Part shown: positions 27,444 to 38,300 of the stretch, piece by piece
How positions within the stretch are numbered: position 1 is the stretch's first letter
How the letters are laid out: every line of letters starts with the position of its first letter
From: an uncultured Gammaproteobacteria bacterium
GTDB lineage: Bacteria; Patescibacteriota; Patescibacteriia; UBA1558; S5-K13
Assembly (NCBI GenBank): GCA_964486685.1
Contig: CAZAOE010000001.1
Span: 12,538-76,537 of the forward strand
Direction: 5' to 3'
Length of the DNA: 64,000 nucleotides
Notes under the pieces: generated by a model
The model's input: the letters and a program-made list of their open reading frames with translations, nothing else
Told to the model about the DNA's origin: nothing
Databases searched by the model: none
Translations under genes and position numbers: made by a program

Positions 27444-28070
27444 ATGAAAAACAAAGCAGAAAAAGATTTAACAGCAATAGAAACAACTGAGAAAAAAAGC
27501 CATTTTTGGAAATCATCGCTCAGTTTTGTTTTAGAAATTGTTAAAACCGTGATTATATCTTTAGCTATTATTTTACCAATTAGATATTTTATTATTCAGC
27601 CCTTTATGGTAGATGGGGCCTCTATGGAGCCCAATTTTTTTGATAATGAATATTTAATTATTAATGAAATTTCCTATCGTTTCACTGAACCACAAAGAGG
27701 AGATGTAATAGTATTTAAAAATCCAGAAAACGAGACCCAATTTTTTATAAAAAGAGTAATTGCTTTGCCTAAAGAAACTATTAAAATAGAAGAAGGAGAT
27801 ATTTATATTAGAACTCAAGGGGAAGAGAACTTTATTAAAATAAATGAAAGTGATTATTTGCCAGAGATTACAAAAACATTTGGTAATATAAAAGAAATTA
27901 AATTAACAAATGATGAATATTTTGTTTTAGGTGATAATCGTAAGAATAGTAAGGATTCTCGAATCATCGGGCCGATTAAGGAAAATTTAATTATGGGTAA
28001 GGCCTGGATTAGGGGTTTTCCGATAGATAGAATTTCTGTTTTTAAAACAAATTATAATTATGGTTTTTAA
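27444..28070 (+). CDS. lepB: Signal peptidase I
   Basis: S26 motifs GASMEPNF (catalytic Ser) and GDNRKNSKDSR (catalytic Lys box), with an N-terminal TM. Confidence 0.85.
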   Translation: MKNKAEKDLTAIETTEKKSHFWKSSLSFVLEIVKTVIISLAIILPIRYFIIQPFMVDGASMEPNFFDNEYLIINEISYRFTEPQRGDVIVFKNPENETQFFIKRVIALPKETIKIEEGDIYIRTQGEENFIKINESDYLPEITKTFGNIKEIKLTNDEYFVLGDNRKNSKDSRIIGPIKENLIMGKAWIRGFPIDRISVFKTNYNYGF

Positions 28071-28072
28071 AT

Positions 28073-29458
28073 ATGTCTAAAACTAAATCAAAAGTAAAAA
28101 AAATGAGTTTGCCTAAAGCCAAAGCCAGGACTAAATCAAATAAATCTAAAGCCAAAGCGAATAAAAATAGAAAATATTTTTTAGTAAAGGGTTTTAGGGA
28201 CATTCTTCCTGAAGAGCAAAAATATTGGGATTTTATTCGCGATAAAGTAATTAGTATTGCTCGGGCCTATGGTTTTAAAAGAATAGATTTACCTGTTTTA
28301 GAAGATGCGGGACTTTTTGTAAAAGGAGTGGGTCCAGATACAGATATTGTAAGTAATGAAATGTTTTCTTTTAGTACTTTGGGTAGGGAGAGGGTAAGTT
28401 TAAGACCAGAGGGAACAGCAGGCATTGTTCGGGCTTATATCCAACATGGAATGTTAAACAAACCCAAGCCAGTAAAATTATTTTATATTGGTCCAATGTT
28501 TAGATATGATAAGCCCCAAGCCGGAAGATATAGACAATTCTATCAATTTGGAGCAGAAGTTTTTGGAACAGATGATCCGATTATAGATGCTCAATTGATA
28601 TATATGATTTATCAAATTTATCAGGCCCTTAAGATACCTATTAATATTCAGATTAATAGCATTGGATGTAAAATTTGTCGTAATAGATATGCCAAGGCCT
28701 TAAAAAATTATTTAAAAAAGAATCGTTCTAAATTATGCGCAAATTGTAAGGCCAGATACATTAAAAATACTTTAAGAGTTTTAGATTGTAAGCAAAAAAA
28801 ATGTCAAGAGCTTATTTTAGAGGCCCCGCAAATTGTAGATTATTTATGTGAAGATTGTAATAAACATTTTGTTAAGGTTTTGGAATATTTAGAAGATATT
28901 GAAGTTCCTTATATTTTAAATCCATTTATTGTTCGGGGCTTAGATTATTATAATAGAACTACTTTTGAAATTTTTCCCCAAAACGAAGAAGCTGGTAGTC
29001 AAAGTGCTTTAGCCGGTGGTGGTCGTTATGATAAATTAGTTAAGAATTTAAAGGGGCAAGATACTCCAGCCATAGGATTTTCAATGGGCTTAGAAAGAAC
29101 AATAAATAGTTTGAAAAAAGTTGAGAATTTAAAAATAAAATCTAAGGATAAATGTGATATATTTATTGCTCAATTAGGCGAAAGAGCTAAAAAAAAGGTT
29201 TTGGTTTTATTTGAGAAATTAAGACAAGCTGGTTTTAAAATAGCAGAAAATATTTCTAAAGCAGATTTAAAATCGCAGTTAGAAAGCGCTAATAAATTAA
29301 ATGTTAAATTAGCATTAATTATTGGTCAAAAAGAAATTTTAGACAATACAATTTTAATTAGAGATATGGAAAGCGGAAACCAAGAAGTAGTGCCAGAGGA
29401 TAAGATAAATAAAGTTTTAAAAAGGCGTTTAAAAAGTTTAAATATTAAAAAGAAGTAA
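28073..29458 (+). CDS. hisS: Histidyl-tRNA synthetase (class II) with Lys-rich N-terminal extension and a Cys-rich insertion
   Basis: Motif 1/2 region FRYDKPQAGRYRQFYQFGAEVFG, HisA-like GGGRYD and a C-terminal anticodon-binding domain. The insertion has eight Cys (CKICRN...CANCK...CKQKKCQE...CEDCNKH). Confidence 0.9.
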   Translation: MSKTKSKVKKMSLPKAKARTKSNKSKAKANKNRKYFLVKGFRDILPEEQKYWDFIRDKVISIARAYGFKRIDLPVLEDAGLFVKGVGPDTDIVSNEMFSFSTLGRERVSLRPEGTAGIVRAYIQHGMLNKPKPVKLFYIGPMFRYDKPQAGRYRQFYQFGAEVFGTDDPIIDAQLIYMIYQIYQALKIPINIQINSIGCKICRNRYAKALKNYLKKNRSKLCANCKARYIKNTLRVLDCKQKKCQELILEAPQIVDYLCEDCNKHFVKVLEYLEDIEVPYILNPFIVRGLDYYNRTTFEIFPQNEEAGSQSALAGGGRYDKLVKNLKGQDTPAIGFSMGLERTINSLKKVENLKIKSKDKCDIFIAQLGERAKKKVLVLFEKLRQAGFKIAENISKADLKSQLESANKLNVKLALIIGQKEILDNTILIRDMESGNQEVVPEDKINKVLKRRLKSLNIKKK

Positions 29459-29620
29459 GCGATACCAATATAGCGATACCAATATACGAATTTACCCTTG
29501 AACCAGAAATCGGTTCAGGGTGAATACGAATTATACTAATATACCAATCATTAGTATTTAATTAGTATATTAGTATCACAATATTAGTATTATTAGTATA
29601 GAAAGGAAGGTAAAAATAAA

Positions 29621-29839
29621 GTGGTAGAAGTTAAACAAAAAATTAATGAATCTTTTGAAAAATTAATTAGAAGATTTACTAAAAAAATAATCCAGAGCGG
29701 TAAATTATTGCAGGCCCGAAAGGTTAGATTTCAAAACGAAAGAAAAAATAAAAGAAAATTTAAGTCCGCGGCCATTTATCGTTTAAAAGCCCAAGACCAA
29801 AGAGATTACTTGAAAAAAATTGGCAAAATAGAAGAATAA
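29621..29839 (+). CDS. rpsU: 30S ribosomal protein S21
   Basis: 72 aa, basic, S21-like FEKLIRRFTKK...KRKFKSAAIYRLKA. Confidence 0.7.
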   Translation: MVEVKQKINESFEKLIRRFTKKIIQSGKLLQARKVRFQNERKNKRKFKSAAIYRLKAQDQRDYLKKIGKIEE

Positions 29840-29868
29840 GAAATAATTTTGAATTACGAATGAAAGGA

Positions 29869-29945
29869 AATATTATATTAACCCCCACCATCTCCCCCTT
29901 ACTAAGGGGGAGGGAGAGGGGGTGAATTTTAAATTTAAAATTAAT
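29869..29945. repeat. 77-bp exact repeat (copy 2) with GC-rich hairpin
   Basis: Identical to 9190-9266; lies 30 nt after rpsU. Confidence 0.7.
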
Positions 29946-29956
29946 AATTCAAAGAA

Positions 29957-30406
29957 ATGTCTTTAAAAGAGAAAATTGAAAAAGATTGTATTCAGGCCTT
30001 AAAATTAAGAAACCAGGACGAGCTGGGAGTTTTAAGATTGTTAAAAAGTGCTATTCAGAATAAAGAAATAGAAAAAAAAGCAAAATTAAAAGATGAGGAT
30101 ATTATTAAAATTTTAATGTCTGAGATAAAAAAGAGAAAGGATAGCATTGAGCAGTTTAAAAAAGGCGAACGCAATGATTTAGTATCTAAAGAAGAAAAAG
30201 AGATTAAAATCATTGACCAATATTTGCCGGAAATGAAATCTAAGGAAGAGATAAAAAAAATTATTTGTGATATAATAAAAAGAGAGAATATAGAGAGGTC
30301 TGTAAGCAATTTTGGACAACTAATGAAATTGGCTATGCAAGAATTATCTGGTCAGGCCGAAGGAAATTTTGTTTCGCAGATTGTTAAGGAAGAATTGAAT
30401 AAATGA
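29957..30406 (+). CDS. GatB/YqeY domain protein
   Basis: ~149 aa K/E-rich helical protein with a YqeY-like N-terminus (LKEKIEKDCIQALKLRNQDELGVLRLLKSAIQN). Confidence 0.65.
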   Translation: MSLKEKIEKDCIQALKLRNQDELGVLRLLKSAIQNKEIEKKAKLKDEDIIKILMSEIKKRKDSIEQFKKGERNDLVSKEEKEIKIIDQYLPEMKSKEEIKKIICDIIKRENIERSVSNFGQLMKLAMQELSGQAEGNFVSQIVKEELNK

Positions 30407-30502
30407 GTTGCGAGCTGTAAGTTTCAAGTTTTAGGTCAAAGATTTGGGGGTCAAAAGTCAAAGATTAATTAGTTATTTAAAATTAGACATTATATTATAA
30501 TA

Positions 30503-32188
30503 ATGTTATTAAAAGCAAAAATAAAAAATAGTTTTAACTTTTCTAAAATAACTGTTGTCAGTTTAGTTTTAATGTCAGCGGTTATTTTTTTATTACCCAG
30601 CATTTCTCAAGCCCAAATTTTAGTTCCCCAAGTAGATAATTTAAGTACGGGCAGTATTGAAGAGATAGCTGGGACTGTTATTCAATTGGTTTTGGGCTTA
30701 TTGGGCTTAATTGCTTTAGTTATTGTTTTATATGCCGGTTTTATGTGGATGACTTCTGGAGGAAATGAAGAAAAAATATCTAAGGCCAAAAAAATCTTAA
30801 GTGCTGGAGTAATTGGACTTTTAATTATTTTGGCCTCTTATGCTATCACCAGCTTTATTTTACAAGTAGCTCAAGGAGGAGGTGGCGGTGGTGGTGGACA
30901 CGGAGATTATACGGAAGGATTGGGTGGATTTGGCGGAGGAGCATTAGGCGGAGGGGTAATTGAATATCATTATCCGGCTCGAGATGCTACTAATATTCCG
31001 CGTAATACTTTAATTATGATTAGTTTTAAAGTTAGGGTTGCTACTAGTAGTGTAATAGCAGAATCTTTTACTGATAATCCGGGGCTTGGGCTTTGTAATA
31101 ATTATACAGAAAACAACACTAATGGTAATGAATGTGGAATTTTAAGTAGCGATATAGAGATAATTGATTATGGTTCTGAAAATATTCCCTTGGATCCAGA
31201 AGATGTAGTTGCTGTTTTAACTGCAGATGGAAAAAATATTTTACTTAGGCCCATAGAGTATTTAGGAAACGGAGAAAATTCTACTGATACAATTGTGTAT
31301 TTGGGAGCAGGAATGGTAACTGCTGATGGTAAGGACTTATTTGGCGGTTTAGAAAATGGATATGCTTGGCAATTTGAAGTCAGTACTTTTTTAGATCTTA
31401 CGCCTCCAACTGTTAGTTTTGTCTGGCCAGGGCAAGACCAGATAGTGGCACGTAATGCTATTATTCAAGTTAATTTTTCGGAACCCATAAATATTTTAAG
31501 CGTAGATGGAAATATTATTGTTACAAATTTACCAGATGAAATTTTAGCAGGAGAATTAAAAATTAGTAATCAGTATAAAACAATAGAATTTTTAGCTGCT
31601 GGAGACTGCGGAGGAGCAAGGGTTAATTCCTGCGGTGAAGAAATATTTTGTTTACCAGCTTTGGCAAATATTGAAACTTTAGTTGAAGCCGGAGAAGCCG
31701 ACGATCCTTTAAGTGGAATTAGTGATGCGGCTGGTAATTTATTGGCAGAAGATTATATTTGGGATTTTAATACTACTAATAATGTTTATACTATTTCTCC
31801 AATAATAGAATCTACTGGTCCAGTTAATAATGAAGAAAATGTTCAGCTGAATCCAAATATTTGGGCTTTATTTGATTTAACAGATGTCAATATTTCGCCT
31901 AGTTCTTTAAATACAGATAGTTTTTATATTTATGATGCTGATAGTTGTGTTGATTTAGGTCAAGACGATCCAGATTTAGAAGCTGGGCACAAAGAAAATA
32001 TTGCTGGAGATAATTGTTTCCCAGCTTATTCCGTTTACATGAGCGATGACAATAAGAAGTGTAATATTCAAATATATAATGCCTTAGAAAATAATATTCT
32101 TTATTATCCGCGAATTACTTCTGAAATTAAGGATTCTTATGGAAATTGTTTTAATCCAGCTGAGGGTCCAGGCGGGAGCGAGCGGTAA
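30503..32188 (+). CDS. Surface protein with VirB2/TrbC-like pilin-type N-terminal anchor domain, poly-Gly linker and Ig-like (Big) extracellular domains
   Basis: Signal peptide, then two hydrophobic helices separated by a short charged loop (VIQLVLGLLGLIALVIVLYAGFMWM - TSGGNEEKISKAKKIL - SAGVIGLLIILASYAITSFIL), which is VirB2/TrbC topology. GGGGGGGG linker follows. TPPTVSFVWPGQDQIV...VNFSEPIN is an SbsA/Big_5-like Ig domain. Confidence 0.55.
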   Translation: MLLKAKIKNSFNFSKITVVSLVLMSAVIFLLPSISQAQILVPQVDNLSTGSIEEIAGTVIQLVLGLLGLIALVIVLYAGFMWMTSGGNEEKISKAKKILSAGVIGLLIILASYAITSFILQVAQGGGGGGGGHGDYTEGLGGFGGGALGGGVIEYHYPARDATNIPRNTLIMISFKVRVATSSVIAESFTDNPGLGLCNNYTENNTNGNECGILSSDIEIIDYGSENIPLDPEDVVAVLTADGKNILLRPIEYLGNGENSTDTIVYLGAGMVTADGKDLFGGLENGYAWQFEVSTFLDLTPPTVSFVWPGQDQIVARNAIIQVNFSEPINILSVDGNIIVTNLPDEILAGELKISNQYKTIEFLAAGDCGGARVNSCGEEIFCLPALANIETLVEAGEADDPLSGISDAAGNLLAEDYIWDFNTTNNVYTISPIIESTGPVNNEENVQLNPNIWALFDLTDVNISPSSLNTDSFYIYDADSCVDLGQDDPDLEAGHKENIAGDNCFPAYSVYMSDDNKKCNIQIYNALENNILYYPRITSEIKDSYGNCFNPAEGPGGSER

Positions 32189-32204
32189 TAGTTTAATTGT
32201 TAAA

Positions 32205-32301
32205 CCCCTCACCTTTTGATTAAGAATATATTATTTTATTTTCTAATATTTTTTAAAAATAATAATGCTTAATATAATTTATTTTAGAAAAGGTGATGGG
32301 G
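32205..32301. mobile_element. MITE-like non-coding element (97 bp) with 13-bp terminal inverted repeats and a 10-bp flanking direct repeat
   Basis: TIRs cccctcacctttt ... aaaaggtgatgggg. Flanks aattgttaaa (32195-32204) and aattgttaaa (32304-32313). A second copy in inverse orientation lies at 60322-60419. Confidence 0.55.
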
Positions 32302-32340
32302 TAAATTGTTAAAATTAAGAGTAACTTGTAACTAATTATC

Positions 32341-35300
32341 ATGCTTAAGAAAAGAAAAAATTTATTTTTAATCTTTATACTATTTATAGTAATAGGTTTT
32401 GTATTACCAAATATTTCATCTGCTCAAATTTTAGTTCCACAAGTAGATAATCTTAGTACAGGTAGCATTGAAGAGATAGCTGGGACTGTTATTCAATTGG
32501 TTTTGGGCTTATTGGGCTTAATTGCTTTAGTTATTGTTTTATATGCCGGTTTTATGTGGATGACTTCTGGAGGAAATGAAGAAAAAATATCTAAGGCCAA
32601 AAAAATCTTAAGTGCCGGAGTAATTGGTCTGATTATTATTTTGGCCTCTTATGCTATAACCAGCTTTATTTTACAAGCAGCCCAAGGAGGAGGTGGCGGT
32701 GGAGGCGGTGGAGGTCAAGGATGTACTCCTAATGAATGTACGGGTTGTTATCGGTGTGATCTTGATGGTAATTCTCATTATGACGAGACTTGTCCTACCT
32801 GTGGTTCTGGTGGGGAAACATATAATTTTAGTGTAATTACTAATAGTCCTCAAGGAGAAAATATTTCTTTGTGCAGTTTAATTCAAGTTAAATTTAATAA
32901 TATTGTTGATGAAACTACAGTTAATTCTCAAAATTTTGGTTTATATGACTGTGGAGCCAATTCTTGTGCTGGCAATTTAATCAACAATTTAACGCCAGAT
33001 GGACAGTTTATAATAGAAGAAGATATAATTCAGTTTATTTTAGGAGAGGATTATGAGCAGAAGCATTATTATGCAGTTAATATCATACATGATGGGATTG
33101 CAGATGAAGACGGAGAGGCCTTGTTAGTAGATTATTATTGGGAGTTTAAAACTGGGAATGAAACAGATACAGAGCCACCTACTGTTATTTCAGTATTTCC
33201 TAAAGATGATCAAGAAGATGTTTGTTTAACTTCATATATTACCGCCGAATTTTCAGAAGATATGGATATGCTTTCTTTAAGAAATGCCTCGTCCTTTTAT
33301 TTATATGAAGACATTGACACTCTATCAGATATAGATTTTTTTCATCAGGTTTATAATGACTCCTTAATTTTATATCCTAACTCTAACTATGAAGCAGTTG
33401 AAGATTACTTCCCTTTATTAAATGGCAGTATTATTAAAGATACTTGTGGTAATTATTTAGATGGTGATGGTGATGGCACTCATCAAGATTCAGATATTGA
33501 TAATTATCCTTCAGAAGGTCCTAGTGAAGAATGGAATTTTATTACCGGAGATAATTTATATTGTACGCCAGAAATTACTGGAGTTGAAAATAATCAAACC
33601 TATTATGACGCCACAGAGAATTTAATTATTTCTGGTCATTATTTAGGGAATAATCCAGTTTTAATTTTTGATAATTCCATAGTCGTAAACCAAACAAGTA
33701 ATTTATGTATGGGAAATGAATATTGGTATGATGGCGCTTGTGTTATTTGGGCCTGGACAGAAGAAGAAATAAAAGTAGCTATACCAGTGACTGGGGGCGA
33801 TAATAACGGAGTTAGGGCCGGAGAAAATTTAGTGGAAGTGCAAACTGATGAAGGCAATGTTAGCGCTAATTTTGATTTATTAAGTCCGCGTATTAATGCT
33901 TTATATCCAGACCAAGGTGGAGTTGGACAATTTATCAGTATTTGGGGAATAAATTTTAAAGAAGATGAAAACATTAATTTAAGTGCTTCCGAGGTTTATT
34001 TTCGTTTTAATCAAGATGAATACATAGAAGCAGATTTACCTTGTGGCCAAGATGCCTGGGAAGATGAACAAATTATTATTTCTGCTCCTAATAATTTGAA
34101 TATAAATAATGTTTATGCTGTGCAAATTAAAAAAGTTTATGATGACGGTACAGAGCGCTGGAGTAATTTAGCGGATTTTTATTTTAATGATGAAGAAGCT
34201 GGACCAGGTCTATGCTCTATTGATAAGGATGAGCTTTTTTTTGAAGACGAATTTAATTTAAATGGAATTAAATTAGGGGACGATATCTTTTATAATAGAG
34301 AAGTAATTTTAGGCGATGATTATAGTTCCATACAAGCTGATGTCTTAGAGTGGACCGGAAACGATGGTGATGGACACAATACAGATGTTGAGGCCATAAC
34401 TCCCTTAATGGGTTCGGCTACAGGAGTAGGCGTTAGAGTAATGGTAGAGGAAACAGCAGGTGAACAAAGATTTAGTAATTATTTAAATGTAGAGATATTG
34501 GCAGATGAATCAACAAATTTTTATATAAATTATACTTCTCCAACCTCAACTCCAATAGGGGGCTATGTGACGATTTATGGTTCTGGGTTTGGAAATAGCC
34601 AAGATGATAAGATGGTTAAGTTTAATATAGGCGGAGATGATTGGACAGATGGAGATTTTGATTTTCCAGATGAATGTTCTACGGCTTTTTGGAGTGATGA
34701 ACAAGTAATTGTTAAAGTACCGGAAACATTTAATGGTTTTGGGTTTCCATTTTCTTCAAAAATAAAAATTATAGATTCAGCTAATTATTTAGAAACTAAT
34801 GCAGTAAATTTTGAAGTTAATAATGAAGGACTTGCTCCTTGTATTTGTAGTGTAAACCCTGAATTTGGAACAAAAGAAAATGAAATTGAAATTGCTGGTG
34901 AGTATTTTGAAGATCCCGATGATGTAGATAACTTTTACTTTAACACAATTTTTGATAACAGCGGAAATTTTATATCTGGAGATTATGCGGATTTTATTAT
35001 AGATTCAGATGAGTTAATGTTTGTAACAGTAACATCAACGCAAACTGGTTTAATTTCAGCTCGCAATATTAATGGCTATGGCAATACTTGGAATTTTGAA
35101 TATATTGAAGCAGGAGCAGACATAACAGGTGTTTGGGATTTTTATGGCTGGAATTTTACTACTTGTGCAGATTGTGAAAATCCAAGAGTGAGTAGAAAAA
35201 TATGTAATTCTAATAACGGTATATCTTTTCCTTCGCCAGAACCAGGAAGTACAGATGTACCACAAGACACTAAACAGGTTTATGCGGCTTTTGAATATCC

Positions 35301-38300
35301 TAGTAGTATGGCCTTACAGATGGACACCAATACCTTGATTACAAATAATATTAATGTTTATAAATGTGCTAGTGGAGAAAATCCAGGAGATTGTAATGCC
35401 CGTGTTTCAATTGATAATATAACAGCAACTCCTATATTTTTATTGTTTAAAACCGTTAATTCTTTAGAAGCAGATTATTGGTATAAGATAGAATTAAACA
35501 CAGACATTACCGATAATGAGGGCTCTAGTTTAATTCCTAATAATAGTGATAATAATGCTTATGAATGGTATTTTCATATAAATAAAGAGGGCGGGCAATG
35601 TGAACCAGAGCAACTAAGTATTGTTCCTGAAAATTATAGTTTGGCTTATCTGACCCCCAAATCAATTTTATATAAAGGATTTTTAATTGATGATGGTTGC
35701 TATATATGTAATGATAGTGGATATAATTATGTATGGGATAAAGATGATCCAAACGGCTTGGTTAATTTTTCAAGTCGTTCGGGTGTTAGTTCTGAAATCA
35801 GTGTTCATCTAAACCAAAATTATAAAATTGGTGATTTACAAATTAGTGCAACATCAACGGATGCTGGTGGCAACGGACAAGAATTATTTGATAAAACTAA
35901 TTTATATATTACAGCAAATTGTGCTTTATTTAATGATGATTGGTCGTCTTGTATTGATAATAATGCTCATCAGGGCTTTGCTTGTTGTTGGGATGATATT
36001 AGTAGTCAATGTGTGAATGATGGTAGCCCAATTTGTATGCGACCATTTGTAAAAGAAATTGCTTGTCAGCCCACTATCACATTAGGTTCGCCTTCCCCAG
36101 TAGCTAGTAGCACAGATGTAGTTAGTAATGCTTTAATTTATATGGAATTTGCTAAAAGCGGAACCAGCACAGTTGATATGGATTTAAACACATATACTGA
36201 TAATTTAGAAATTTATAATTGTACTGATGTTAATGGCAGTTTTGCTGATGATATTTGCGGAAATAATTTATATAATAATTTAAGTTTTAATTATGATGCC
36301 ATTCAAAGCAGTAATTCAGTAGTTTTATATAATCATAATAATTTTATTTTAAACACTTGGTATAAATTAATTGCTACAGAAAATATTCAAGATAAATATG
36401 GTAGTAGTTTACAACCCAAAGAATGGCATTTTAAAGTTGGGGCTGGTTTATGTGACCCAACTAATTTAGAAGTTTCACCAAGTAATTGGACTTTAGAAAT
36501 TGATGAGTCAAAAAAATATACTACCTATTGTTATGACGAACAATGTAATGTTTGTTTGAATAATTATACTTATGAATGGGAGGTGGCAAATCCTAGTATA
36601 GCAGAGCTTAATCCAGATCCAGGTACTAATTCTAGTGCCACTAGCACAGGAAAGGCAATTGGATTTACGCAGATTACTGCTACAACAACCATTAACGGAG
36701 AAGAAATTTCTGACTTTGGAGATTTAACAGTTACTGCTAGTATTGATAATTGTTCTAATTATGGTAGTATAACTCCTTGTAATAACAGTGGTAGTTGTTG
36801 CTGGGATGGTAGTGATTGTTTAACGGGTGTAGGTAATCCAGCTTGCGATGATGAAGAATCATGTAATGATTATGGTGATGAAACAGCGTGTAATGATAGT
36901 CATGGTAGCGATCATCCAAGTCTTAATTGTTGCTGGGCTTTGGACGGTTATTGTACAAGTAATTTATCGGTCTGTGAAATATTTTATAATTGTTCTCAAT
37001 TTAAAGAAGCACTTGATTGTGAACATAGTATAAATAATTGTTGTTGGGGAGAAGACGGTGAATGTTATGGAGACGGCTCGCCAATGTGTAGTAATTTTAA
37101 AGTAATAGAAAATTATCCAGAAGACGCAAGCACAGAGGTTTGTCCAAATACTTTAATTAGAGCCATATTTAATAAAGTTTTAGACGCTGATAGCTTAGCA
37201 GGAAACGTAAATTTATATGTTGAGGAGGGTGTAGGAAATTGGAGTAGTGTAACAACAACTCTTAATTTGTATAATAATTTTGCTGGGCAAGCAGTTTTAA
37301 AAATAATACCAGAATTTTTATTAGATAAAAATGCTGATTATAAAGTTGAATTAACTGATGGAGCAGACGGAATTAAATCAACTTATGGAAATGTTTTAAA
37401 TTGTAGTAATGGAAAATGTTCTTGGATTTTTGCAACAGCAAATACTGTATGCGAATTAAATTATATAGAAATTATAGATCCAATAGATAAGTATTATTTA
37501 TTTACCCAGCCAAATGAGGACAAAAATTTTATAGCGGAAGGAAGAGATATAAATGGAAATACGATAGTATCAATGGCAGGTTATGACTGGTCTTGGTATT
37601 GGGAATCACTTGATGAAGATTTAGTTGATTTGGGAGGCCCATATTCTGATAATGTTACTGCTACAGCTGAAAATGCTAATGGTAATACCATCGTAAGAGT
37701 AAGCGCCCTACCCATACCATCGGAATTAAGGTGTTCGCAAATTGTTAACCAAATTCAATGTGAAGGCGACTCTTGTTGTTGGTTTAATGGGGCTTGTATG
37801 GCTGATTTTACGGAATGTCAAAATACTTGTTCGGTTTTAACAACAGAAGACGATTGTTTAATTAATGATAATTGTATTTGGCAAGACAATATGTGTCATT
37901 TTGAAAACAAGTGGGATTATGATAATAAAGATGGGTATAAAAGTGGGTTAGTTTATCCGGATGAGGCAGAAGTAGAATTATTTATGTGTGAGAATATATG
38001 GCCGAATGTAGGTTCTTTTGAAGATGACGAATATCATTTTAGATTAAAATATTGTCGGGATGGAGGATTGGGTTATTTAGCAACTACCCAGGCAGAAGGT
38101 TTAATAACTACGAATGGGGACGGAAATGAATTATTAAGAGAATATATTTTTAAATATAATAACCCTGTGGCCTTGGAGCTAGAAGATATGAAAGACGAAA
38201 AAACAATTTTAGCTCAAGTAGGATTTTTAGAATTATTTGATAGTCGTTTGAGTTGGAAATTATTGGGTCGAATGTTTGGCCAGTTTATTGATTTATTTAA

